Of a DNA stretch of 64,000 nucleotides, positions 8,660 through 17,675 are shown piece after piece. Source of the stretch: a virus; IMG/VR virus record IMGVR_UViG_3300032087_005453, positions 32,001-96,000 of that record; one strand, written 5' to 3'. Each line of letters starts with the position of its first letter. Positions within the stretch are counted from its first letter, which is position 1. Below the pieces are notes generated by a model. It was given only the letters and a program-made list of their open reading frames with translations, was not told the DNA's origin and ran no database searches. Position numbers and translations under genes: made by a program.

Positions 8660-9747
8660 TATACCAACCCTCCTAAATACTGTATTTTATCATGAAGTAT
8701 CGATGTTGAATTTTCCCATGTAAATTTACTGGCGGATTCTACACCTGCGGAGTTGACCTCTAATTCACCTTCCTGCCTTCTCTTGTGTACAGAACGCATG
8801 TATTCAACCATCTGGTCTACTTCATCAGAACCAATCTTTCTCCAATCAAATTGACCATGAAACCATTTTCCATCGTTAGCTGGTTCGTATCCACTATTCA
8901 TTTCAACAAGCATAGAGTTTTCTGAATCACAGAACTCAGTATGGGCAGTTGCATTTGTAATAATTAAATGTCTGCCACATCCTAGTAGTTCTAATGCTTC
9001 TAAATTCCAACCTTCAGCTCTTGACGGAAAAATACCGCAATGTATTTGTGACATAATATTATACACCATATTTTGCGTTTTTTGTCGTCCAACAAAGACT
9101 ATTTTGTCTCCAAGTTTAGTACCTTTGAAGCGGTGAATCCATGCATCAGTTTCATCCTGATTCAAGAAAAAATTATGAGGCATCATAATAAGTGCAACAT
9201 CATCAGTTTTTTCAAATGCTTTATTGAATATGGCAGGTAGGATGTCGTGCCCCTTCCTAACCTCAAACTTACCAAAATTACCAAATACTGTAGTTCCACC
9301 TTGTGGTAAAGGACAAGGCTTGAATATTTCTGGATCATAACCAAGTGGAACTACATGGGTACGTCCAATTTTATCTGGAATATTGGATTCAATAACCCCT
9401 TTTGCCCATTCTGATGACACAAACAAATAATCTGGATTATTAAGGGAATGAAGTTCTACATCTCTAAACTTCTCAAGCTCAAAGATAGGCATTCCTATTC
9501 TGAGACCTCTTCCGTAAAAAGGATTGAGATCATGTTGGTGCCATATACGTAAGCATGGTGCGGTATAAGAAAAGTCCCAACGAGACATAGCCTTCTCTAG
9601 GTGTGGGGCTAAGTTCTCGTCGGGACTATTTTGTCCAATCGGAATGTGTCTAAGGTCATATCCTAATTTAGAAAGTTCCTTAATGAAGTAAGAAGACACA
9701 TACCCGTAAGATGTTACGTTGATTGGGCAATTTATGTTTAAGATCAT
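8659..9747 (-). CDS. GT-B (GT4-like) glycosyltransferase
   Basis: VVPLGYDPEIF, GKFEVRKGHDIL, and FPSRAEGWNLEALE (EX7E motif). Confidence 0.9.
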   Translation of the reverse strand: MILNINCPINVTSYGYVSSYFIKELSKLGYDLRHIPIGQNSPDENLAPHLEKAMSRWDFSYTAPCLRIWHQHDLNPFYGRGLRIGMPIFELEKFRDVELHSLNNPDYLFVSSEWAKGVIESNIPDKIGRTHVVPLGYDPEIFKPCPLPQGGTTVFGNFGKFEVRKGHDILPAIFNKAFEKTDDVALIMMPHNFFLNQDETDAWIHRFKGTKLGDKIVFVGRQKTQNMVYNIMSQIHCGIFPSRAEGWNLEALELLGCGRHLIITNATAHTEFCDSENSMLVEMNSGYEPANDGKWFHGQFDWRKIGSDEVDQMVEYMRSVHKRRQEGELEVNSAGVESASKFTWENSTSILHDKIQYLGGLV

Positions 9748-9923
9748 TCATCTTTTTTCTTTTTTATAGGTTCAATCTTAGGTTCCATTTGCCTTTGGAT
9801 TTCAGCTACTTCTCTTTCAAGTTTAGCTTGTTCTCTAATGAGTTTCCGCTTTTTGAGAAGTTTCTGTTTTACCCTAGCTTCTCTAGCTTTTTGCTTTTGA
9901 AACTTCTTTCTTTCTTTAGACAT
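9744..9923 (-). CDS. Small Lys/Glu/Arg-rich coiled-coil protein (59 aa, not in ORF track)
   Basis: MSKERKKFQKQKAREARVKQKLLKKRKLIREQAKLEREVAEIQRQMEPKIEPIKKKKDE; GGAG RBS; ATGA overlap with the GT4 gene; fills the gap exactly. Confidence 0.75.
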   Translation of the reverse strand: MSKERKKFQKQKAREARVKQKLLKKRKLIREQAKLEREVAEIQRQMEPKIEPIKKKKDE

Positions 9924-10152
9924 CTTCTCCCCCGGATTGTTCCTTTACATAAAGTACTTGATCAGCCTTTACCAATATTGTCTCTGAAAAACCGTATTCA
10001 CCACACGAACGAATTTCAATACAGTTATCAGTTAGACCACCAGAAAAGACCTCATAAAACTGGTCTAATAAATCCCTAGCTTCGTCTGGAGACAGATATA
10101 CCGATATTTCACGATTATCCTTTAGAGCGATAGAAATTTTATTATACTTCAT
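9916..10152 (-). CDS. Hypothetical protein (78 aa)
   Basis: Tightly packed downstream of ssb. Confidence 0.7.
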   Translation of the reverse strand: MKYNKISIALKDNREISVYLSPDEARDLLDQFYEVFSGGLTDNCIEIRSCGEYGFSETILVKADQVLYVKEQSGGEDV

Positions 10153-10153
10153 T

Positions 10154-10492
10154 TTAGAATCCAGCTTCAGCTTTTACTTTTCTTGCGAGCTTAAGCAAGC
10201 TATTTGCATACACAACAGATACACTTACTTGATTACCTTCTTTGTTGGTAAACTCTTCAGTAGCGAGTCGTCCAATAACCTGAACTCTGTCGCCCTTTCC
10301 AACTTCGTGGTACTCAAGATCGTTAAAGACATAGCCAAAAAGCTTGACATCAATGAAAAGAGTATCTTCAACTTCACCTCTTTTGGTGTTACAAGCAACA
10401 CGGATCTTACCAAATTTTCCACGTTCAGTTTCGATAATGTCTGGATCTCGCACCAAATTACCAATTAATCTTACTTCGTTTGTTAATGACAT
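10154..10492 (-). CDS. ssb: Single-stranded DNA-binding protein (short)
   Basis: NEVRLIGNLVRDPD..TLFIDVKLFG..KGDRVQVIGRL OB-fold signature. Lacks the long linker and ends EAGF. Confidence 0.9.
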   Translation of the reverse strand: MSLTNEVRLIGNLVRDPDIIETERGKFGKIRVACNTKRGEVEDTLFIDVKLFGYVFNDLEYHEVGKGDRVQVIGRLATEEFTNKEGNQVSVSVVYANSLLKLARKVKAEAGF

Positions 10493-10530
10493 TCTAATAC
10501 CTTTCTACTATTGTAAAATCCACCGAAATT

Positions 10531-10556
10531 AAAAATCCGTTTTTTACAGAAACGGA
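10531..10556 (-). terminator. Intrinsic terminator
   Basis: TCCGTTT-CTGTAAA-AAACGGA followed by TTTTT on the minus strand. Confidence 0.65.
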
Positions 10557-10747
10557 CAGGGGTGTTGCCACTCATTACCGGACTACCGGCCAGAAAAACT
10601 GTTTTAAAAAAAGTGCAATATGCCATCGGAATACGTCGTGTTTTTATCACTAATACCTCACCTTCACCTTAGTTGGTTCGTCAGCGTCTAGCGTTTATTT
10701 CACGATAACTACGGTATTTAGCCCCCGAATACATTAGCCTTCTTGTA

Positions 10748-11053
10748 TTAGTTGAATACTGTACTCAGCATCTTACCTCGAACAATCTGAGCATGACCGC
10801 GATTAGACTGAGAGTAAACAGCCATAGCAAGTTCTTGACTCATTCCAAGACGACGAGCAGCCTGCATTGTGCCACGCTTAGTGTTTGGGAATGTTCCAAG
10901 ACCAGATGTCAAAGCAACTGCTGTTACTGGATTGACGGTGACACCTCGAACTGCACCGCGACGACCAGTACCAACCAGACGGTTGTTTGTGTAAGTCCAA
11001 GAAAATCTAGAACTTACGGTTTCCAATGCTGTGAGAAATTCTGTTTGATTCAT
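10748..11053 (-). CDS. Hypothetical basic protein (101 aa), possibly early
   Basis: CAGGAG RBS; GGTATAAT (sigma70-like -10) at about 11092-11099. Confidence 0.75.
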   Translation of the reverse strand: MNQTEFLTALETVSSRFSWTYTNNRLVGTGRRGAVRGVTVNPVTAVALTSGLGTFPNTKRGTMQAARRLGMSQELAMAVYSQSNRGHAQIVRGKMLSTVFN

Positions 11054-11183
11054 GTTTTTACTCCTGAAAAATTTGAAAGTGTTTATGTTGTATTATACCG
11101 AGATTGAACCGAATTCTAACAACCTTTTTCGGAAAATATCCAACCGAAAGGTCAAAAAGATGGGTGATATTCTGATTGCTAGG

Positions 11184-11339
11184 CTATAATCTAATGTCAC
11201 TTGATGGTTTGTGGCTTACAGTCTCTGTTGACAATTCTAAACTATCAGTTCTGTTGGGCGTAGGCGAAATAAAATCAGCTAAAGAACCTCCAACGGTATG
11301 AATTTCCTTCTGGTTGTGTGCAGGCACGTAAATATTCAT
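11184..11339 (-). CDS. Possible small protein (51 aa, not in ORF track)
   Basis: MNIYVPAHNQKEIHTVGGSLADFISPTPNRTDSLELSTETVSHKPSSDIRL with a GAAAGGT RBS. Confidence 0.45.
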   Translation of the reverse strand: MNIYVPAHNQKEIHTVGGSLADFISPTPNRTDSLELSTETVSHKPSSDIRL

Positions 11340-11358
11340 ACTAACCTTTCAGAACTTA

Positions 11359-11390
11359 AGAGACAGGCGTAAAACGCTTGTCTTTTTTTT
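11359..11390 (+). terminator. Intrinsic terminator (plus strand)
   Basis: AGACAGGCGT-AAA-ACGCTTGTCT followed by a T run. Confidence 0.7.
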
Positions 11391-11612
11391 GAAATTTCAT
11401 TTTCGGCTCTCAGCGATTTAATTTAATATCAATAATAAAAACATTCTGTAGTTAACTTTTAAAGACTAAGGAATACTTACTTGTTGGTTAGTTTAAGATT
11501 TAAGATCAGTAAAGGGAAGGAAATCCCAAGGATAATATGATTATCACCTCCCTTTAATGAACATGGTCTATGTGGTTAGTTATTTCTAATAATATAAAAA
11601 GGACAAAAAAAC

Positions 11613-11963
11613 ATGATGACAGAAAAGGCAAAGGTCGTAGAAAAACGATGGGGTCGAGAAATCTGGTTTGCTAATAATGAGGAGAAAGATTATTGTGGTA
11701 AGATTCTCGAAATCAAACCAGACAGCCGGTTAAGTCTACACTTCCACATGATTAAAGAAGAACATCTTTTCAACTTGGAAGGAGATTGTCAGGTCACTTA
11801 TCTAACAAGAAGTGGAGACACAATAAAATTTGACCTTCAGGTTGGTTGTTCTTTTCACATTAGACCTGGACTTGTTCATCGATTTTCTACAAAGAATGGT
11901 TGTAGACTTTTAGAGGCTAGTACTTTTCATCGTGATAGTGATAGTTATAGAGTGCAACGATGA
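11613..11963 (+). CDS. Cupin-fold protein (mannose-6-phosphate isomerase-like sugar isomerase)
   Basis: KRWGREIW, LSLHFHMIKEE, HIRPGLVHRF, EASTFHRDSDSYRV. Confidence 0.85.
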   Translation: MMTEKAKVVEKRWGREIWFANNEEKDYCGKILEIKPDSRLSLHFHMIKEEHLFNLEGDCQVTYLTRSGDTIKFDLQVGCSFHIRPGLVHRFSTKNGCRLLEASTFHRDSDSYRVQR

Positions 11964-11975
11964 GCCTATCAATAG

Positions 11976-12056
11976 AAGATATTTCGTGTTGTGCAAGGAC
12001 CGATTGAAGATAGTACATTTCATCTTGACTCAGATAGTTATAGGGTATTTATATGA
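11976..12056 (+). pseudogene. Remnant second copy of the cupin C-terminus
   Basis: Startless frame ...IEDSTFHLDSDSYRVFI* matches cupin LEASTFHRDSDSYRVQR*. Confidence 0.7.
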
Positions 12057-12745
12057 CATGCTTTAGTATAGTTTTGGTTTCTAGATCCAGACCGTTAATG
12101 ATGTTAGACTTATACAAGTCAATAAAAAATACATCAAAACTTGATAACGAAATACTTATAGGTTTAGACAACGATGATGATCACTTAAATGATTATATAA
12201 AAATATTCTCAGAAATTGAAAATGTACAGTTGTTCATAGAGGAAAGAAACTCAAATCTGCACACTAGGATAAATCAATTATTACCTCATGTTAAAGGTAA
12301 ATATATATTTGTATTAAATGACGATTGTAAATTGATTGAAAATTCTTGGGATAAATACTCTATAGAATTGTTAGATTCTTTTGGTGATATAGTATATGGT
12401 AAAACATACGACAATAGTATTGATAGAGTTAGCAATACCTATGCCGCATTTCCTATTGTTTCAAAGACGGCTGCTAAAAAACTAGGCTTCATAATGGATG
12501 AAACTTTTGGCAATCATGGCTCGGACGTTATGACCTATAGAGTTTACGAGGGTGCAAATAAAATCGTTGATTTGCCCGGAGTTAGGATTGATCACGTTCT
12601 ACACAATTCAGTAGATGCTTTGCAAGATAGGAAAAGAGATAAAACAGCAGTCGATATGATTAATAGAACTTTTTCTGATGATAAATTTTCAGTTGATAGT
12701 CTTTTTAGTATTGATACCTCAAAAAAATCGGAGATGCTTAAATGA
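12053..12745 (+). CDS. GT-A (GT2-like) glycosyltransferase
   Basis: FSIVLVSRSRP, EILIGLDNDD, YIFVLNDD. Confidence 0.8.
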   Translation: MTCFSIVLVSRSRPLMMLDLYKSIKNTSKLDNEILIGLDNDDDHLNDYIKIFSEIENVQLFIEERNSNLHTRINQLLPHVKGKYIFVLNDDCKLIENSWDKYSIELLDSFGDIVYGKTYDNSIDRVSNTYAAFPIVSKTAAKKLGFIMDETFGNHGSDVMTYRVYEGANKIVDLPGVRIDHVLHNSVDALQDRKRDKTAVDMINRTFSDDKFSVDSLFSIDTSKKSEMLK

Positions 12746-13677
12746 AATTATTAACAGTATATAATACTTGTGGTATAAAAGGTGTTGAAAATGTATATTA
12801 TTATATTGCTGCATTGGAAAGTATTTTTAAACAAGAAGGTGTTGATCATGATATTGTGGTTTCTGCGTGTTTAAATAAAATTTCTACATTACAAAAAATA
12901 AAAAACAAATTTAAAGACATAAGAATAAATTTAATAAATGATGCAGTTCCTGTTAATGTGAGCTTTAATCATACTTGCGAAATGTTTAATGATTCACATG
13001 ATGCATTTTTGTATATTGATTCCGGCATAATTATGCCTGATAAATTCACTATAAAAAAAATGATTGACAGGCTTGAATCTGGACCATATTCTATGGTTTG
13101 TTCTAATGTTAATAATGATGTCGGCCAGGCTGTTGAAGATACACCCAATTACGATAAAGGTGATGGTATACTGACTGATGATGTTGGTTCGTTTGTGTCA
13201 GTAGGTTCGTCTTTAAACTTGCATTGTCAAATATTTTCAAAGCAGCTAAAAGAATTTTATAATAGAATTATTCCCGACATCTTTGCTGGACATTGTACTG
13301 AGTCAGTACTATCTTTCCTTTGTGCGGCATTAAAGACAAGATGGGCTTTTTGTGATGACGTTTTAGTTTTTCATGCGATAAATATGGATGGGCAAAGTTC
13401 CGGTTTCGACCCTTTAAAATGGATGTATGAAAAAAAGAGACAAACCTATGATCATCCATTTGTTATAGAGAGCTATTTGGATAGATTCACAAATCAATAT
13501 GCAAAAAGTATAGGGTTAGGATTTGAGGAGTGTCGTAATGTTGTTATGCACGACAAGGAACAATTTGACGACAATTCATTTTGCATAAATGATGATCTTA
13601 AATCTTATATAAAACAAAATCTATTCCTCAAGAATAGTGAATTTAATTATTCCAACATAAGGAGTACAGTGATATGA
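12742..13677 (+). CDS. Putative GT-A fold glycosyltransferase
   Basis: ALESIFKQ..DIVVSAC, VNVSFNHT, FLYIDSG; lies between two GT2-like genes. Confidence 0.65.
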   Translation: MKLLTVYNTCGIKGVENVYYYIAALESIFKQEGVDHDIVVSACLNKISTLQKIKNKFKDIRINLINDAVPVNVSFNHTCEMFNDSHDAFLYIDSGIIMPDKFTIKKMIDRLESGPYSMVCSNVNNDVGQAVEDTPNYDKGDGILTDDVGSFVSVGSSLNLHCQIFSKQLKEFYNRIIPDIFAGHCTESVLSFLCAALKTRWAFCDDVLVFHAINMDGQSSGFDPLKWMYEKKRQTYDHPFVIESYLDRFTNQYAKSIGLGFEECRNVVMHDKEQFDDNSFCINDDLKSYIKQNLFLKNSEFNYSNIRSTVI

Positions 13678-14513
13678 CGCAGACTTGGCTTCGAAACGAA
13701 CATGTACGCTATATGCGTATTACAGATAAAAATAAATGGTGTTGGGATTATAAGATTTCAATAGTTATACCAACGAGAGGAAGGGTTGAGCTTCTTAAAA
13801 ATTGCTTACTTTCTATTTTAGATAAATCTTTTAAATCTAATAGGTTATTTGAGATTATACTGGTTATAGATTATGATGATGATGAAACCTTAAAGTTTGT
13901 TAAACAATTTTCAGATATTTTTAAATTTAACTGCCCAAAGACAAAGATGCAGCTAAACAGTCTTTCGGTTATACTAACTGAGAGATCTGAATATATGCAG
14001 CGTGATTATAACAATGTTGGTGCCAATGCCGCAAAAGGCGATTTGATATTCATTTTAAATGATGATTGTGTTATAACAACAACTAATTGGGATAAAAAAC
14101 TTATAGATTATTATATTGAAAACAAACCTGATGATGATATTATGTTGATAGCATGTAGTGATAATACACATGACGGTGAAAGTTTAGATATCAAAGGTCA
14201 AGTAAGAGATAATGAGACTCATGGAGCATGTTTTCCAATTTTTACAAAGACTTTTTGCGATATATTTAACGGCGTGTTTCCTCCAGAATTCAAGATGTGG
14301 TGTGTTGATACGGCCATGAATTCATTATTTAAATCATTTGACAGAAAGTATTCTTTTAAAGAATTACATATAGACCATATTAGTTATCATACAAAAACTA
14401 GAGAGCCGGATTCTATCAACTATCATGTAGCAAATGTCAGTAACTCTGCGGTGCCACCAGCTAACATGCAGTATTATTTAAATACTGTGTCTAAATATAT
14501 AAAAAATGATTAA
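13674..14513 (+). CDS. GT-A (GT2-like) glycosyltransferase
   Basis: KISIVIPTRGR, FEIILVIDYDD, NVGANAAKGDLIFILNDD. Confidence 0.85.
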   Translation: MTQTWLRNEHVRYMRITDKNKWCWDYKISIVIPTRGRVELLKNCLLSILDKSFKSNRLFEIILVIDYDDDETLKFVKQFSDIFKFNCPKTKMQLNSLSVILTERSEYMQRDYNNVGANAAKGDLIFILNDDCVITTTNWDKKLIDYYIENKPDDDIMLIACSDNTHDGESLDIKGQVRDNETHGACFPIFTKTFCDIFNGVFPPEFKMWCVDTAMNSLFKSFDRKYSFKELHIDHISYHTKTREPDSINYHVANVSNSAVPPANMQYYLNTVSKYIKND

Positions 14514-14524
14514 GGATCTTTAAA

Positions 14525-15151
14525 ATGCATAAACAAGAAATAGTCAATTTTGAAAAAGAAATACAAAATCTATATGAGGATGGAGCTATTCGTGGACCTG
14601 TCCATCTTAGAGATGGAAACGAACAGCAGTTAATTGATATTTTCAAAGATGTTAAAAATGGTGACTATGTCTTTAGCACATGGGCTAATCATATTCATGC
14701 ATTATTGAAAGGCGTGCCTCCAGAAGCTATCAAGAATAGAATTCTAGAAAGTCAGTCTATGGCTATGAATTTTCCACAACATAGATTTTTCACATCAGCG
14801 ATTGTTGCTGGAATACCGCCGATTGCTATAGGTACTGCACTATCATTAAAGAGAAGTGGATCAGAAGATAAGGTGTGGTGTTTTGTTGGAGATATGGCTT
14901 TTAGGACTGGTATATGTCATGAATCAATTATGTATGCTATTTCTCACGACCTACCAATTACTTTTGTAGTAGAAGACAATGGAAAATCTGTCGGGACTCC
15001 TACACAAGATAGTTGGGGTGAAGTAAAATTGGACAAACTGCTTGAATTTTACAATAGCTTGATTGGTAAAGAGTCTAGTGCCGATATAATATACTACCAG
15101 TACCTTCTTTCCTATCCGCATTCTGGAACTGGAACTTTCGTGTCTTTTTGA
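14525..15151 (+). CDS. Shortened TPP-dependent dehydrogenase E1 alpha-like subunit
   Basis: IRGPVHL..GNE, SAIVAG, and TPP motif variant GDMA...LPITFVVEDN. Confidence 0.85.
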   Translation: MHKQEIVNFEKEIQNLYEDGAIRGPVHLRDGNEQQLIDIFKDVKNGDYVFSTWANHIHALLKGVPPEAIKNRILESQSMAMNFPQHRFFTSAIVAGIPPIAIGTALSLKRSGSEDKVWCFVGDMAFRTGICHESIMYAISHDLPITFVVEDNGKSVGTPTQDSWGEVKLDKLLEFYNSLIGKESSADIIYYQYLLSYPHSGTGTFVSF

Positions 15152-15159
15152 GGGTTGCG

Positions 15160-15672
15160 ATGAATTATTTAGAAGAAGTAGATAAAGGTATGAAACTGCT
15201 TGCCAAGAGTGAAACCACAATTATTGGCCAAGCCGTTAGCTATAAGGGACATGCAATCACAAGGCAGGCCGCATTTTGGCCTGAAGATAAACGTATTGAA
15301 CTACCTGTGGCAGAAGAGATGCAAACAGGTATGGCTTTAGGTATAGCTATTGCAGGTGATATTCCCGTGTCAATATATCCAAGAATGAACTTTCTAATTT
15401 GTGCCGCTAATCAATTACTGAACCATTTAGATAAATGGGAATTGATGGGTGGTGGAATTCCACATGTTATACTTAAGGCTGTTGTTGGTAGCGAATATCC
15501 ATTAGATCCTGGACATCAACATAAAGCCAATTGGTCTTCTGAGATTAGTAATATGTGTGATAAGGTCAAAGTTCACAATCTTATTTATGGACATCAAGTG
15601 TTTGATGCCTATAATGATGCAATCAACAAAAAAGGAGTGCATCTAATTATAGAGCATGGTGATTTGTATTAG
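15160..15672 (+). CDS. E1 beta / transketolase pyrimidine-binding domain protein (no C-terminal domain)
   Basis: RIELPVAEEMQTGMALG, YPRMNFL, PGHQH. ATG at 15160 preferred. Confidence 0.85.
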   Translation: MNYLEEVDKGMKLLAKSETTIIGQAVSYKGHAITRQAAFWPEDKRIELPVAEEMQTGMALGIAIAGDIPVSIYPRMNFLICAANQLLNHLDKWELMGGGIPHVILKAVVGSEYPLDPGHQHKANWSSEISNMCDKVKVHNLIYGHQVFDAYNDAINKKGVHLIIEHGDLY

Positions 15673-15682
15673 AGGTTGCTAG

Positions 15683-16183
15683 ATGACAATAAAAATAATA
15701 ACAGAAACCAAGCATATCGATAATAGAGGTTCTCTTTACACTACATTTACAGATTACGATTATGATATTCAGTTTGTTCAGGATAAAATCTCTCAATCTA
15801 GATATGGAGCAATTCGTGGATTTCATGGAGATAATAAAACCTACAAACTCGTCACCTGTATCTACGGAGTAATGCAGTTTGTGACTTTTGACATAGAAAC
15901 AGAAAAAACCACCCGTTATTTACTAGATGCTAATAATAAAGAAGTTGATTCTATTCTTGTTGAACCGGGACAGTTAAATGCTCATCAATGTCTGTCAGAT
16001 CAATGTATAATGAGCTATAAATGGAGTGAGTATTATACTTCTCCAGAAGATCAATGGACTGTAAAATACGATGACCCAACTATAGATGCTGACTGGTGTG
16101 ATACCAACTATGTGATTTTGTCTCATAGAGATTCTACGGCACAAGACTTTTTGTCACAAAAAGAAGAAGGTGTATTCTCATGA
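15683..16183 (+). CDS. dTDP-4-dehydrorhamnose 3,5-epimerase-like (RmlC family)
   Basis: DNRG, FVQDKISQS..GAIRGFHG, KLVTCIYG, YDDPTIDADW, ILSHRD. Confidence 0.88.
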   Translation: MTIKIITETKHIDNRGSLYTTFTDYDYDIQFVQDKISQSRYGAIRGFHGDNKTYKLVTCIYGVMQFVTFDIETEKTTRYLLDANNKEVDSILVEPGQLNAHQCLSDQCIMSYKWSEYYTSPEDQWTVKYDDPTIDADWCDTNYVILSHRDSTAQDFLSQKEEGVFS

Positions 16184-17661
16184 ATTTACTGGTTGTATGT
16201 CCAAGTTCAGCCGGATTATACCAAGATCTTCAAACTGACTTTTCAGCTAAAGAAACAAATATATGGGCGGGACTTTTAGCAAATGCTGTTAGAAAAGAAC
16301 ATGATGTAGTCATCTATGATATGGAGATCGAAAGACCTTCTGAGTCTAAATTCATTGATGACGTGAATCAAATAGATCCTGATCTTGTATTATTTGTTGT
16401 TACAGGTCAAAACCCTAATGCATCTACGGCAGCAATGGATGGTGCTACAAAAGCATCATCTGTGTTATCGGGTCAATTTAAGATAGCATTTGTTGGACCG
16501 CATGTTAATGCTTTGCCTGTTGAGACCCTCCAAAAGCATCCGGAAATAGATATTGTCTTTACTAACGAAGGTGTTTATGCTCTTAAGAATCTTTTAAAAA
16601 CAGATTTGAAAGACATCACTGGAGTTAATGGAATAGCCTATAGAGATAATGGAGAAATAAAGCTCAATTCACCAGAAAAAATTGTGCCTCAAAATCTATT
16701 AGAACAAGATCTTCCGGGCGTAGCATACGACCTCATGCCAAAGCTTGATAACTATAGAACATCGCATTGGCACGCCAACTATCAAGATGATAGATCTCCA
16801 TTTGCCAGCATCTATACTAGCCTCGGATGTAGTTTTAAATGTAACTTCTGTATGATCAATATTATCAACAGGACAGAAAATGGTAGTGATAAATATGCTG
16901 GAATGTTTAACAAGTTTAGGTATTGGTCTCCAGAATTCACCATAAAGCAACTGGACTACTTAGCGGATAAAGGTGTCAAGCACATAAAAATAGCTGATGA
17001 ATTATTCCTAAATAATCCAAACAAACATGCTATGCCATTGTGTGATTTAATTATTGATCGTGGTTACAAATTTAATATATGGGCTTATACTCGCGTCAAT
17101 ACAGTCCGTGAGCACCATCTTGATAAACTTAAAAAAGCTGGAGTTAATTGGCTTGCAATAGGTATCGAGAACGTCCGTCAAAATGTTAGACAGGAAATAG
17201 AAAAAGGTGTCTTTAAAGATGCAGATATTGGTAGTGTTGTAAAGATGATCGAATCTGCTGGTATACATGTAATTCAAAACTATATTGTAGGACTTCCCGG
17301 TGAATCTGCTGATGATGCTCGTGCCAATCTGGAATTTGCTTTAGATTTAAAATGTGCCGCATATAACGTCTATCCATCTATGGCATTACCGGGATCACAA
17401 TTGTACACAGATGCTTTTGCTAACAATCAAGAGTTACCAAAGGAGTATTCAGAGTTTGGATTTCTTAGCTATGATTGTTTTCCTCTTAGTAATGGAATAA
17501 TGACCCGCGAAGAAATGTTAAAAATTCGTGATGAAAATTGGATGCTGTATCATAAAAATGACCAATTCTTGCTTGCGACTCAAAATCGTTTTGGTAAAAT
17601 GGCTGTTGACAATATAAGAAATATGGCATCCGTAAATATTAAAAGAAAACTATTGGATTAA
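16180..17661 (+). CDS. Cobalamin-binding radical SAM enzyme (class B methyltransferase-like)
   Basis: N-terminal B12-binding-type domain (VGPHVNALP, NEGVY); TSLGCSFKCNFC (CxxxCxxC); IGIE; YIVGLPGE. Confidence 0.9.
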   Translation: MNLLVVCPSSAGLYQDLQTDFSAKETNIWAGLLANAVRKEHDVVIYDMEIERPSESKFIDDVNQIDPDLVLFVVTGQNPNASTAAMDGATKASSVLSGQFKIAFVGPHVNALPVETLQKHPEIDIVFTNEGVYALKNLLKTDLKDITGVNGIAYRDNGEIKLNSPEKIVPQNLLEQDLPGVAYDLMPKLDNYRTSHWHANYQDDRSPFASIYTSLGCSFKCNFCMINIINRTENGSDKYAGMFNKFRYWSPEFTIKQLDYLADKGVKHIKIADELFLNNPNKHAMPLCDLIIDRGYKFNIWAYTRVNTVREHHLDKLKKAGVNWLAIGIENVRQNVRQEIEKGVFKDADIGSVVKMIESAGIHVIQNYIVGLPGESADDARANLEFALDLKCAAYNVYPSMALPGSQLYTDAFANNQELPKEYSEFGFLSYDCFPLSNGIMTREEMLKIRDENWMLYHKNDQFLLATQNRFGKMAVDNIRNMASVNIKRKLLD

Positions 17662-17675
17662 ATAAGGACTATGTA

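Noticed and set aside
10560-10730. tmRNA (minus strand starts GGGGGCT and has a TAGAC-GCT-GAC-GAA resume-like stretch)
   Set aside because: No T-loop (GTTCRA), no complementary acceptor stem with CCA, too short, and the tag would not end in AA.
14525-15672. Pyruvate dehydrogenase auxiliary metabolic genes
   Set aside because: Subunits are truncated, no E2/E3 is present in the window, and they sit inside a nucleotide-sugar operon.
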